A stretch of 36,610 nt of DNA, taken from positions 1 to 36,610 of the forward strand of contig CAZWXX010000001.1 in assembly GCA_964637865.1 (NCBI GenBank), written 5' to 3'. Positions within the stretch are counted from its first letter, which is position 1; every line of letters begins with the position of its first letter. Below, piece by piece: positions 1-7,408 of this stretch. The notes beneath the pieces are model-generated. The model made no database searches and was not told the DNA's origin. It saw only the letters and a list, made by a program, of their open reading frames with translations. The DNA is from an uncultured Muribaculaceae bacterium. Lineage in GTDB: Bacteria; Bacillota_I; Bacilli_A; RF39; UBA660. Made by a program: the position numbers and the translations under genes.

Positions 1-2115
1 TGTGGTCCTACTGCTAAAACAAAAAAAGTATGGGGACGATGTGAAGAGCTTTTAAAAGAAGAATTAAAAAAACACGTTTTAGATGTTGATACTGTTCATA
101 TGTCAGGAATTGACGCTTATGATGCTGGTTATATTGATAAAGAAAATGAAGTGATTGTGGGACTTCAAACGGATGCACCTTTAAAGAGAATTGTGAATCC
201 TTATGGTGGTATTCGGATGGTTTATCAAGAGTTAGATGCTTATGGTTATAAACTAGACTCTACAGTGGACAAATATTTTAATGAATTTCGTAAGACTCAT
301 AATCAGGGTGTGTTTGATGCTTATAATGAAGAGATTAGAAAGTGTCGTCATGTTGGTCTTTTAACAGGTCTTCCTGATGCTTATGGAAGAGGACGTATTA
401 TTGGAGATTATCGTCGTGTTGCATTATATGGAATTGACTACTTAATGGAGAAGAAGATGGAAGACTTAAATCAGCTTATAGGACCAATGACGAATGATTT
501 GATTCAACTTCGAGAAGATGTTTCTATGCAATATCGTGCGTTAGAGCAGATGAAGAAAATGGCATCTCGTTATGGGTTTGATATTAGTAGACCAGCTCGT
601 AATGCAAGGGAGGCAATTCAGTGGACTTATTTTGCCTATCTTGCTGCTGTAAAAGAGAATAATGGGGCAGCGATGAGTTTAGGAAGGGTTGACGACTTCT
701 TTGATATTTATATTGAAAGAGATTTAGAAAATGGTAGTTTAACAGAAGAAGAGGCACAAGAGTTAATTGATCAGTTTGTGATTAAACTACGTTTGGTTCG
801 TCATTTACGTACACCTGATTATGATGAATTATTCTCAGGAGACCCCACTTGGGTTACTTGTTCACTTGCTGGAATTACAGAAGATAAACGTTCTAAGGTT
901 ACCAAAACTTCTTTCCGAATTTTACATACACTTACTAATTTAGATCCTGCACCAGAGCCTAATATGACAGTATTATGGAGTGAAGCGTTACCTGAGACAT
1001 TTAAGAAATATTGTGCAAAGATGAGTATTGAGACCGATGCCATCCAATATGAAAATGATGATGTGATGCGTCCTTTATATGGTGATGACTATGCGATTGC
1101 TTGTTGTGTTTCAGCAATGCGTGTTGGTCGTGATATGCAATTCTTTGGTGCTCGTTGTAATTTAGCGAAAGCGCTACTTTATTCTATTAATGGTGGCGTG
1201 GACGAGATGAAGGGTGACAAAGTTTTAGATGTTCCTACTATTATGGATGAAGTTTTAGATTATGATAAAGTAAAGGATGCTTATTTTGCAGTGTTAGAAA
1301 AAGTGGCGGGAATTTATTCTGATGCCATGAACGTGATTCATTATATGCATGATAAGTATGCTTATGAAGCAGGACAGATGGCACTACATGATACTCATGT
1401 TCGTCGTCTTATGGCATATGGGGTTGCAGGACTTTCTGTTGCCATTGATAGTCTTTCTGCCATTAAGTATGCACGTGTTAAGCCAATTCGTAATGAAGAG
1501 GGCGTTAGTATTGACTTTGAGATAGAGGGAGATTTTCCTAAGTTTGGAAATGATGATGATAGAGTGGATGATATTGCGAAAGAGGTGCTTGATAAATTTT
1601 ATAAAGAATTATGCAAGCACAAACCATATCGTAATGCAGAGCCTACTTTATCTGTTTTGACGATTACTTCAAACGTTGTTTACGGAACGAAAACTGGGGC
1701 TACTCCTGATGGACGTAAGGCAGGAGTTGCCTTTGCACCTGGTGCTAATCCAATGCATGAGCGAGATGCGAGTGGTGCGCTTGCTTCCTTAAACTCTGTT
1801 GCAAAGCTTAAATATGCAGAGTGTTGCCGTGATGGTATTTCTAATACATTCTCTATTGTGCCATCTGCTTTAGGTAGTACAAAGAAAGAGCAAATTGAAA
1901 ACTTAGTTAGTGTGTTAGATGGGTATTTTGCACAAGGTGCACATCACTTGAATGTTAATGTTTTAGATCGTGAGACGTTAGAAGATGCAATGGAGCATCC
2001 TTCAAAATATCCACTTTTAACGATTCGTGTTTCTGGTTATGCGGTACGTTTTAATCGACTTACTCGGGCTCAACAAGAAGAAGTAATTGCTCGTACCTTT
2101 CATGGTAAGATGTAG
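1..2115 (+). CDS. pflB: Pyruvate formate-lyase (formate C-acetyltransferase), 5'-partial
   Basis: Frame +1 is open from nt 1 ([13 protein letters not shown]... precedes the track Met at 100), so the true start lies upstream of the window. Near-colinear with E. coli PflB as recalled: [22 protein letters not shown], catalytic Cys pair in [10 protein letters not shown], glycyl-radical loop TIRVSGYAV (Gly codon 2035-2037). Confidence 0.97.
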   Translation, partial: CGPTAKTKKVWGRCEELLKEELKKHVLDVDTVHMSGIDAYDAGYIDKENEVIVGLQTDAPLKRIVNPYGGIRMVYQELDAYGYKLDSTVDKYFNEFRKTHNQGVFDAYNEEIRKCRHVGLLTGLPDAYGRGRIIGDYRRVALYGIDYLMEKKMEDLNQLIGPMTNDLIQLREDVSMQYRALEQMKKMASRYGFDISRPARNAREAIQWTYFAYLAAVKENNGAAMSLGRVDDFFDIYIERDLENGSLTEEEAQELIDQFVIKLRLVRHLRTPDYDELFSGDPTWVTCSLAGITEDKRSKVTKTSFRILHTLTNLDPAPEPNMTVLWSEALPETFKKYCAKMSIETDAIQYENDDVMRPLYGDDYAIACCVSAMRVGRDMQFFGARCNLAKALLYSINGGVDEMKGDKVLDVPTIMDEVLDYDKVKDAYFAVLEKVAGIYSDAMNVIHYMHDKYAYEAGQMALHDTHVRRLMAYGVAGLSVAIDSLSAIKYARVKPIRNEEGVSIDFEIEGDFPKFGNDDDRVDDIAKEVLDKFYKELCKHKPYRNAEPTLSVLTITSNVVYGTKTGATPDGRKAGVAFAPGANPMHERDASGALASLNSVAKLKYAECCRDGISNTFSIVPSALGSTKKEQIENLVSVLDGYFAQGAHHLNVNVLDRETLEDAMEHPSKYPLLTIRVSGYAVRFNRLTRAQQEEVIARTFHGKM

Positions 2116-2116
2116 T

Positions 2117-2845
2117 ATGGAAAAGGTAGCAAGCATTTCTTCGATTGAGACTCTTGGGTTGGTTGATGGTCCGGGTATTCGAACGGTAGTCTTCTTTAAT
2201 GGTTGTAAACTTCGATGTAAGTATTGTCATAATCCTGAGATGTGGCAAATGGGAACAAAAAATATGACAGTTAGTGAACTTGTCTTTAAAGTAATTCGTA
2301 ATAAGCCTTATTATAGAAGAAGTGGAGGGGGAGTTACTTTTTCTGGAGGAGAACCATTATTACATGCTGACTTTTTGATAGATGCTTCTAAAAGACTAAA
2401 AGAAGAGGGTATTTCTATTGCACTGGATACTGCTGGTGTTGGTATTGGGCGATATGAAGAGATTTTAGAAAATACTGATTTGGTAATTTTAGATATTAAA
2501 CATTTAGAGCGTGATGGTTATCGGGACTTAGTTGGGTATGATTCTATGGATGAATTTTTTACGTTTGTTCGTGTTTGTCAAGAGAAAAAGAAGCCTCTTT
2601 GGATTCGACAAGTAGTAGTTCCTGGAGTTCATGATAATGATATTTACATGAATCAGTTAGTTGCCTATTTAAAACAATTAAATTATATTGAACGAATTGA
2701 ATTTCTTCCGTATCACAAACTTGGGAGTGAAAAGTATGAGAGCCTTGGAATAGAAAATCCATATAAAGATAAAAGAGCAATGAATGAAGAGAAATGTCAA
2801 GAGTTATATCGTAAGTATATTGAAACTAATTTTTCGCATTTATAG
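2117..2845 (+). CDS. pflA: Pyruvate formate-lyase activating enzyme (radical SAM glycyl-radical activase)
   Basis: Radical-SAM CX3CX2C (CKLRCKYC) preceded by the activase motif GLVDGPGIRTVVFF. ATG 2117 lies 1 nt after the pflB stop; the track start at 2087 is inside pflB and is probably not used. Confidence 0.93.
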   Translation: MEKVASISSIETLGLVDGPGIRTVVFFNGCKLRCKYCHNPEMWQMGTKNMTVSELVFKVIRNKPYYRRSGGGVTFSGGEPLLHADFLIDASKRLKEEGISIALDTAGVGIGRYEEILENTDLVILDIKHLERDGYRDLVGYDSMDEFFTFVRVCQEKKKPLWIRQVVVPGVHDNDIYMNQLVAYLKQLNYIERIEFLPYHKLGSEKYESLGIENPYKDKRAMNEEKCQELYRKYIETNFSHL

Positions 2846-2846
2846 T

Positions 2847-2877
2847 AAACAGGTGTTTTTATATCTGTTTTTCTTTT
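2847..2877 (+). terminator. Weak candidate intrinsic terminator after pflA
   Basis: AAACAG (2847-2852) pairs with CTGTTT (2865-2870) around a 12-nt loop, followed by TTCTTTT. The stem is short and AT-rich. Confidence 0.3.
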
Positions 2878-2903
2878 GCAAACTTTTATTTTTGTACTAT
2901 AAT
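2876..2903 (+). promoter_or_regulatory. Sigma-A-type promoter for the 2937-5930 operon
   Basis: -35 TTGCAA (2876-2881), 16-nt spacer, -10 TATAAT (2898-2903), about 34 nt upstream of the TTG start at 2937. Confidence 0.6.
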
Positions 2904-2936
2904 ATAGATAATCAATTTTTATTGGAGGGGATACTT

Positions 2937-3191
2937 TTGAAAAACTTGGAAGAAAGGGTTTTTAAAATCGAGGAGAGAAATAGACGTGTAGAACTTGATA
3001 AAGAATGGGAGACTTGCTGGACTAGAAAGATTTGCATTATGATTTTAACTTATATCGTTGTGCTTATTTATTCTTATTTGGTGCGACGTTATGATAATAT
3101 ATTTTTAAGTTCTTTGGTTCCTGTAATTGGGTTTACGTTATCGACGTTGTCTTTGAAGTTTGTAAGAAAAGTTTGGGAGAGTAAAAAATGA
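2937..3191 (+). CDS. Small membrane protein (84 aa): charged N-terminal helix plus two predicted TM helices, function unknown
   Basis: TTG 2937 sits 6 nt after the RBS GGAGGGG (2924-2930). The longer track ORF from 2784 starts inside pflA and runs through the promoter. Hydrophobic stretches ICIMILTYIVVLIYSYLV and LSSLVPVIGFTLSTLSL. The stop overlaps the next start (ATGA at 3188). Confidence 0.6.
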   Translation: MKNLEERVFKIEERNRRVELDKEWETCWTRKICIMILTYIVVLIYSYLVRRYDNIFLSSLVPVIGFTLSTLSLKFVRKVWESKK

Positions 3192-3778
3192 CAGAAATTA
3201 TCAAAAATGACGTTATATGTTATGAAACACTAAATATTCCAGATGGAAAAAGGATTATTGATTGTTTACAGAAAGATACTATATGGCAGTTTCGACTTTT
3301 AAGAGTTTCTCATGAAGAGTTTGAACGAATTCAAAAAGCACAAAAGGAAGATAAGCTTTTAGGACATTATGATGCTTGTCCTATTGTTGGTTATAATCCT
3401 ACTATTAAAGGAGAACATGGCTTTCAAAGTAGTGGAGGGTTAAAACTTTCTAGTGATGATAAAGATATTTTAGGATCTTTTGTAGTGGAAGAAGATAAAA
3501 TTATTTATACACCTAGTTGCAAGTTTTATGAAGAAAGGGATTGTTTTGTTTATTCTAAAACAGATTATTATACAACTCTTTCTATGCCAGAGGTTTTAGA
3601 GCAAGAGCTTATGGAAAAAGAACAATTTTTAATTTATATGGGAGAACAATTAAATGGACTTCGTTATGAAAACATATTTGAAAGTGTTAGCCGAAGTGAA
3701 ATGATGAAATATGCTGTGAATCCTGATAAAGGAAAAGAGGCTTATCAAAAAATCTTAGATAGAAAGATAAGTTATTGA
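3188..3778 (+). CDS. Hypothetical cytoplasmic protein, paralog A of a tandem pair
   Basis: 196-aa ORF translationally coupled to the upstream small membrane protein. About 45% identical by eye to the next ORF. Shared blocks: IIKN..I.YETL, LKLSS, KIIY.P..KF..ERD, YYTT, FLIYMGE, NPDKGK.AY. No motif I recognise. Confidence 0.75.
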   Translation: MTEIIKNDVICYETLNIPDGKRIIDCLQKDTIWQFRLLRVSHEEFERIQKAQKEDKLLGHYDACPIVGYNPTIKGEHGFQSSGGLKLSSDDKDILGSFVVEEDKIIYTPSCKFYEERDCFVYSKTDYYTTLSMPEVLEQELMEKEQFLIYMGEQLNGLRYENIFESVSRSEMMKYAVNPDKGKEAYQKILDRKISY

Positions 3779-3813
3779 GTTAATCTTTATTAATATGAGG
3801 AGGAAAAGTTGAG

Positions 3814-4362
3814 ATGAAACAGATAATTAAAAATAATAGAATAGATTATGAGACTTTAACAATTCATGAGAATACAAGAGTACTTGAATATTTGAAACAG
3901 GATACTTATAGTAGCTTTTTGTTACAACATGTTTCAGAAGAAGACTTTCAATTGTTGCAGAAAACAGATGATTCTCTAAATCTTTATGCGAATCCATATA
4001 TTGCTGGATATAATTCTTATCAACAAGGGAATTTAAAATTATCTAGTGAGAATGCAGATATCATGGGGACTTTTGTTTTGGATGATGAGAAAATAATTTA
4101 TATGCCTCAAAGTAAATTCTCTGATGAGAGAGATTTTTATATCTATAGTGGAGTTGAATATTATACAACGATGACGATGTCTGAGATATTAGAAGAAGAA
4201 TTAGCAATTGATCGCAAGTTTTTAATTTATATGGGAGAAGAGGTTAGAGTTTATACTCCTTGTCCCATATTTGAAGAAGTTAGTCGTGATGAGATGGTAG
4301 AGTATGCAATCAATCCAGATAAAGGAAAGCTTGCTTATGAAAAGAGAAAAAGATTATTTTAG
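3814..4362 (+). CDS. Hypothetical cytoplasmic protein, paralog B of a tandem pair
   Basis: 182-aa ORF with RBS GAGGAGGA (3797-3804). Colinear with paralog A apart from a ~12-aa deletion around KGEHGFQSSGG. Confidence 0.75.
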   Translation: MKQIIKNNRIDYETLTIHENTRVLEYLKQDTYSSFLLQHVSEEDFQLLQKTDDSLNLYANPYIAGYNSYQQGNLKLSSENADIMGTFVLDDEKIIYMPQSKFSDERDFYIYSGVEYYTTMTMSEILEEELAIDRKFLIYMGEEVRVYTPCPIFEEVSRDEMVEYAINPDKGKLAYEKRKRLF

Positions 4363-4381
4363 AGAAAGTGGTGTGTAGTAT

Positions 4382-5254
4382 ATGAATCAGGCTAGTGAAT
4401 GGGAAGATTATGAATTACTGGATTGTTCTAATGGTGAAAAGTTAGAGCGTTGGGGACAATATATTTTACTTAGACCAGATCCACAGATTATTTGGGATAA
4501 TGGAAATTTGTATCAAAAATATAAAGATTCGATTGATGCTATTTACCATCGTAGTAGTCAGGGTGGAGGTTATTGGGAAAACTTTTCAAAGGTTCCTAGT
4601 GAGTGGAATATTCGTTATAAGACTTTAAAATTTCATATTAAGCAGATGGGATTTAAACATACAGGTCTTTTTCCAGAACAAGCAGTGAATTGGGATTTTA
4701 TGATGGATAAAATAAAAGGAGCTAATCGACCTATTAAAGTTCTTAACTTATTTGCTTACACTGGTGGCGCTAGTGTTGCGTGTCTAAAGGCAGGGGCAAG
4801 TGTTACTCATGTGGATTCTTCGCGGGGAATGGTTGATTGGTGTAAGGAAAATGTTCGGATGAATGGACTAGCGGACAAGCCGATTCGCTATTTGGTGGAT
4901 GATGTTTTGAAGTTTGTAGAACGTGAAATTCGTCGAGGTAATAAGTATGATGCAATTGTGATGGATCCTCCTAGTTATGGAAGAGGAGCTAATAAAGAGG
5001 TTTGGAATATAGAAAAGGATTTAACTCATTTAATTCATTCATGTGTAGAAATATTAAGTGATAAACCATTATTCTTTTTAATCAATTCTTATACAACAGG
5101 ACTTTCTGCAACGACTCTTGCCAATGTCTTAGAAGTAACCGTTAAGAAAAAATATCAAGGGGTGATATCATCAGGAGAAGTAGGACTTCCTATTACAAAT
5201 AGTAGCCTTGTTCTTCCTTGTGGTATTTATGGAAGATGGGAAAGCGATGAATAA
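4382..5254 (+). CDS. Class I SAM-dependent methyltransferase (RlmI/PF10672-like core without PUA domain), probable RNA methyltransferase
   Basis: SAM motif I VLNLFAYTGGASVA, motif IV MDPPSY, and an N-terminal W.DYELLD...GEKLERWG block typical of this family. Confidence 0.8.
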   Translation: MNQASEWEDYELLDCSNGEKLERWGQYILLRPDPQIIWDNGNLYQKYKDSIDAIYHRSSQGGGYWENFSKVPSEWNIRYKTLKFHIKQMGFKHTGLFPEQAVNWDFMMDKIKGANRPIKVLNLFAYTGGASVACLKAGASVTHVDSSRGMVDWCKENVRMNGLADKPIRYLVDDVLKFVEREIRRGNKYDAIVMDPPSYGRGANKEVWNIEKDLTHLIHSCVEILSDKPLFFLINSYTTGLSATTLANVLEVTVKKKYQGVISSGEVGLPITNSSLVLPCGIYGRWESDE

Positions 5255-5930
5255 ATTGAATATATTATATGAAGACAATCATATTATTGTTGTTGAGAAA
5301 CCTGTTAATGTTTTGAGTCAAGGTGATGTTACTTTAGATATGGATTTACTTAGTATGGTAAAGTCTTATATTAAGGAAAAGTATCAAAAGCCTGGTGAAG
5401 TTTATTGCGGGCTTGTTCATAGACTAGATAGACCAGTTGGCGGAATTATGGTTTTTGCAAGAACTTCGAAAGCGGCAAGTAGACTTAGTAAAGAGTTGTC
5501 GACGTCATTTCAAAAGAAGTATTTAGCAGTTGTTGTTGGTATTATTAAAAAAGATGAGGGTACTCTCGTTGATTATTTGAAGAAGCTTGATAATGGAAAT
5601 ACGGTTGTTACGAATGAGAAAGAGGGAAAGAGAAGTGAACTTTTTTTTCGAGTGTTAGAAAGAAATTATGATAAAAACGAGACACTTGTAGAAGTTACAT
5701 TAAAGACAGGAAGACATCATCAAATTCGTGTACAGTTTGCAAATTATGGATATCCTTTATGTGGGGATCAGCGGTATAACCGACAGGATAGGACACAAAT
5801 TGCTCTTTATGCTTATTATCTTTCCTTTATTCATCCGGTTAAAAAAGAAAAAATGGAATTTTTCTTGACACCTAATAGGCAGAAATATTGGACAGACTTT
5901 ACATTGTCAAATTTTGTCAAATTAAAATAA
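5247..5930 (+). CDS. RluA-family pseudouridine synthase (no S4 domain)
   Basis: Catalytic-Asp motif HRLDRPVGG and the GRHHQIRVQF motif. ATG 5247 overlaps the upstream stop (ATGAATAA). The track start at 5208 lies inside the upstream gene. Confidence 0.88.
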   Translation: MNKLNILYEDNHIIVVEKPVNVLSQGDVTLDMDLLSMVKSYIKEKYQKPGEVYCGLVHRLDRPVGGIMVFARTSKAASRLSKELSTSFQKKYLAVVVGIIKKDEGTLVDYLKKLDNGNTVVTNEKEGKRSELFFRVLERNYDKNETLVEVTLKTGRHHQIRVQFANYGYPLCGDQRYNRQDRTQIALYAYYLSFIHPVKKEKMEFFLTPNRQKYWTDFTLSNFVKLK

Positions 5931-5933
5931 TGT

Positions 5934-5962
5934 TTGCAATGGCAACATTTTTTTGTTATTAT
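5934..5962 (+). promoter_or_regulatory. Candidate extended -10 promoter (overlaps a weak hairpin plus T-run after the RluA gene)
   Basis: -35 TTGCAA (5934-5939), 17-nt spacer, TGtTATTAT (5954-5962). The same stretch, TTGCAATGGCAA followed by T7, could act as a weak terminator. Confidence 0.35.
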
Positions 5963-5998
5963 TGTAATAGAATAAAATACGAGGGAGATAGATGTGTT

Positions 5999-7339
5999 AT
6001 GATATTAGCAATGAACTTTGACTTCAGTTGGTTTTTAACAATACCTGGAATGTTAATTACTGGTGGAGTTTTATTACTGATAATAGCTTTAATTATTTTT
6101 ATTGCTACATCTAGTAAGAAAGATAAAAAGAAAAATAAGGATCAAAATGCAGAGGTGAATGCTACAAGTCAAGTTGGAGCACAGGCTATGGTTGATAATT
6201 CTCAAGTAATGGCTGTTCCTATGGCACCAGATGTTACTCCGCAAGCTGCAGCAATTCCTGAAGTTCCTGATATGAATATGGGAGCAAGTATGGATGTTCC
6301 TCCTGTTATGGGTGGAGGGGCGCCTACTATGGTAGAAGGTGGCATGAGTATGCCTAATACTCCAGTAATGCCTGGATTAGGAGGGATGCCTGATGCTGTT
6401 CCGGATATTGCACCTATGAATACTAGTATGCCTTCTATGGATGCTAATCCTATTCCTATGCAAGAGCCTACTATGGAACCTCTTGCACCAACTGTTGATT
6501 TAACTCCACCAACTGAGCCAGCACCTTATGTTGTTTCTCCAGTTCAGGAAGCATCTCCTCCTGCTACTGAATCTGCTCCTGTTAATAATATGTCAAGTGA
6601 GTCTATTAGTCCAGTAGTAGAGGTAGCACAACCTTCTATTTCTATGCCTGAAGTAGCAGCACCTACTGTAGAAGTTAGTCCAACACCTGAGGTTGCTCCA
6701 GTGCAAGAAGTGCCACAAGCACAACCTACGATTTATGGAGGAGCAAATCCAGTTGTTCCAGAGATTAATGTTGATAATCAACCTCATCAAATATATGGAG
6801 GGGCTAATCCTTTAGAAAATACACAAGCTATTCCAGCTGTTTCACCAGTAGTAGATACTGTTCCTTCTGTTGCTCCTGAAACTGCTCCAGCAACTGTAGT
6901 AGTACCAGAAAGTAGTCCAATTTCTTCTCCTACAGTAGTGGAGGAAGGTGTTATTTCTCCTTCTATTCCTCAAGTAGATACAGTTCAGCCAGAACCAATA
7001 GCTTCTCCTGCTGGAGTAGGTGTTGTACCAACACCAGTAGTACCTTCTTTTGAAAGTACTTCAACTCCTGTTGTATCTCCTGAGGTAAATACGCCAGTTG
7101 TTGAAACTGTTGCACCTACTAGTGTTGTTCCTACTATCCAAGAAGTTTCAGTTTCTTCAACACCAGTAGAACAACCAGAAATGGTTATGCCTCAGCAAGC
7201 TCCAGTAGTGCCTCAAGTAGAAGCTTCTACTTCAACTCCTGTAGTTACTCCAACTTCCCCTGTACCAGAAGTTCAACCAATTCAGCCGATTCAAGCGAGT
7301 GTAGAAGCTACGGCTCCAGTAGAAGTTGTAGAAATATAA
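5999..7339 (+). CDS. Membrane-anchored low-complexity (Pro/Val/Thr/Ser/Ala/Met-rich) protein, function unknown
   Basis: RBS GAGGGAG (5981-5987) then ATG 5999. Single TM FLTIPGMLITGGVLLLIIALIIFIA followed by a basic cluster KKDKKKNK. About 400 aa of P/V/T/S/A-rich sequence follow, with an early Met-rich segment and a duplicated IYGGANP motif. The track start at 5888 overlaps the RluA gene. Confidence 0.7.
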   Translation: MILAMNFDFSWFLTIPGMLITGGVLLLIIALIIFIATSSKKDKKKNKDQNAEVNATSQVGAQAMVDNSQVMAVPMAPDVTPQAAAIPEVPDMNMGASMDVPPVMGGGAPTMVEGGMSMPNTPVMPGLGGMPDAVPDIAPMNTSMPSMDANPIPMQEPTMEPLAPTVDLTPPTEPAPYVVSPVQEASPPATESAPVNNMSSESISPVVEVAQPSISMPEVAAPTVEVSPTPEVAPVQEVPQAQPTIYGGANPVVPEINVDNQPHQIYGGANPLENTQAIPAVSPVVDTVPSVAPETAPATVVVPESSPISSPTVVEEGVISPSIPQVDTVQPEPIASPAGVGVVPTPVVPSFESTSTPVVSPEVNTPVVETVAPTSVVPTIQEVSVSSTPVEQPEMVMPQQAPVVPQVEASTSTPVVTPTSPVPEVQPIQPIQASVEATAPVEVVEI

Positions 7340-7346
7340 AATTTAT

Positions 7347-7368
7347 GCGAGTGTTGACTCGCTTTTTT
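7347..7368 (+). terminator. Rho-independent terminator
   Basis: GCGAGT (7347-7352), loop GTTG, ACTCGC (7357-7362), then TTTTTT (7363-7368), 8 nt after the stop codon. Confidence 0.8.
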
Positions 7369-7373
7369 GTGGT

Positions 7374-7400
7374 ACAAAAAGAGCTCTCGATGGGAGAACT
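7374..7400 (-). terminator. Candidate terminator for the convergent minus-strand gene
   Basis: On the minus strand AGTTCTC-CCATC-GAGAGCT (7-bp stem with one G-U pair) is followed by CTTTTTGT, 9 nt after the stop at 7409-7411. Confidence 0.5.
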
Positions 7401-7408
7401 TTCATATT

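Noticed and set aside
2784-2936. N-terminal extensions of track ORFs: 2087, 2784, 5208, 5888, 9962, 13297, 13942, 17319, 19663, 22628, 25422, 30648, 34078.
   Set aside because: In each case the extension overlaps the upstream gene or a promoter, and a downstream start codon has a proper Shine-Dalgarno sequence and coincides with the conserved family N-terminus. Trimmed starts are reported instead.
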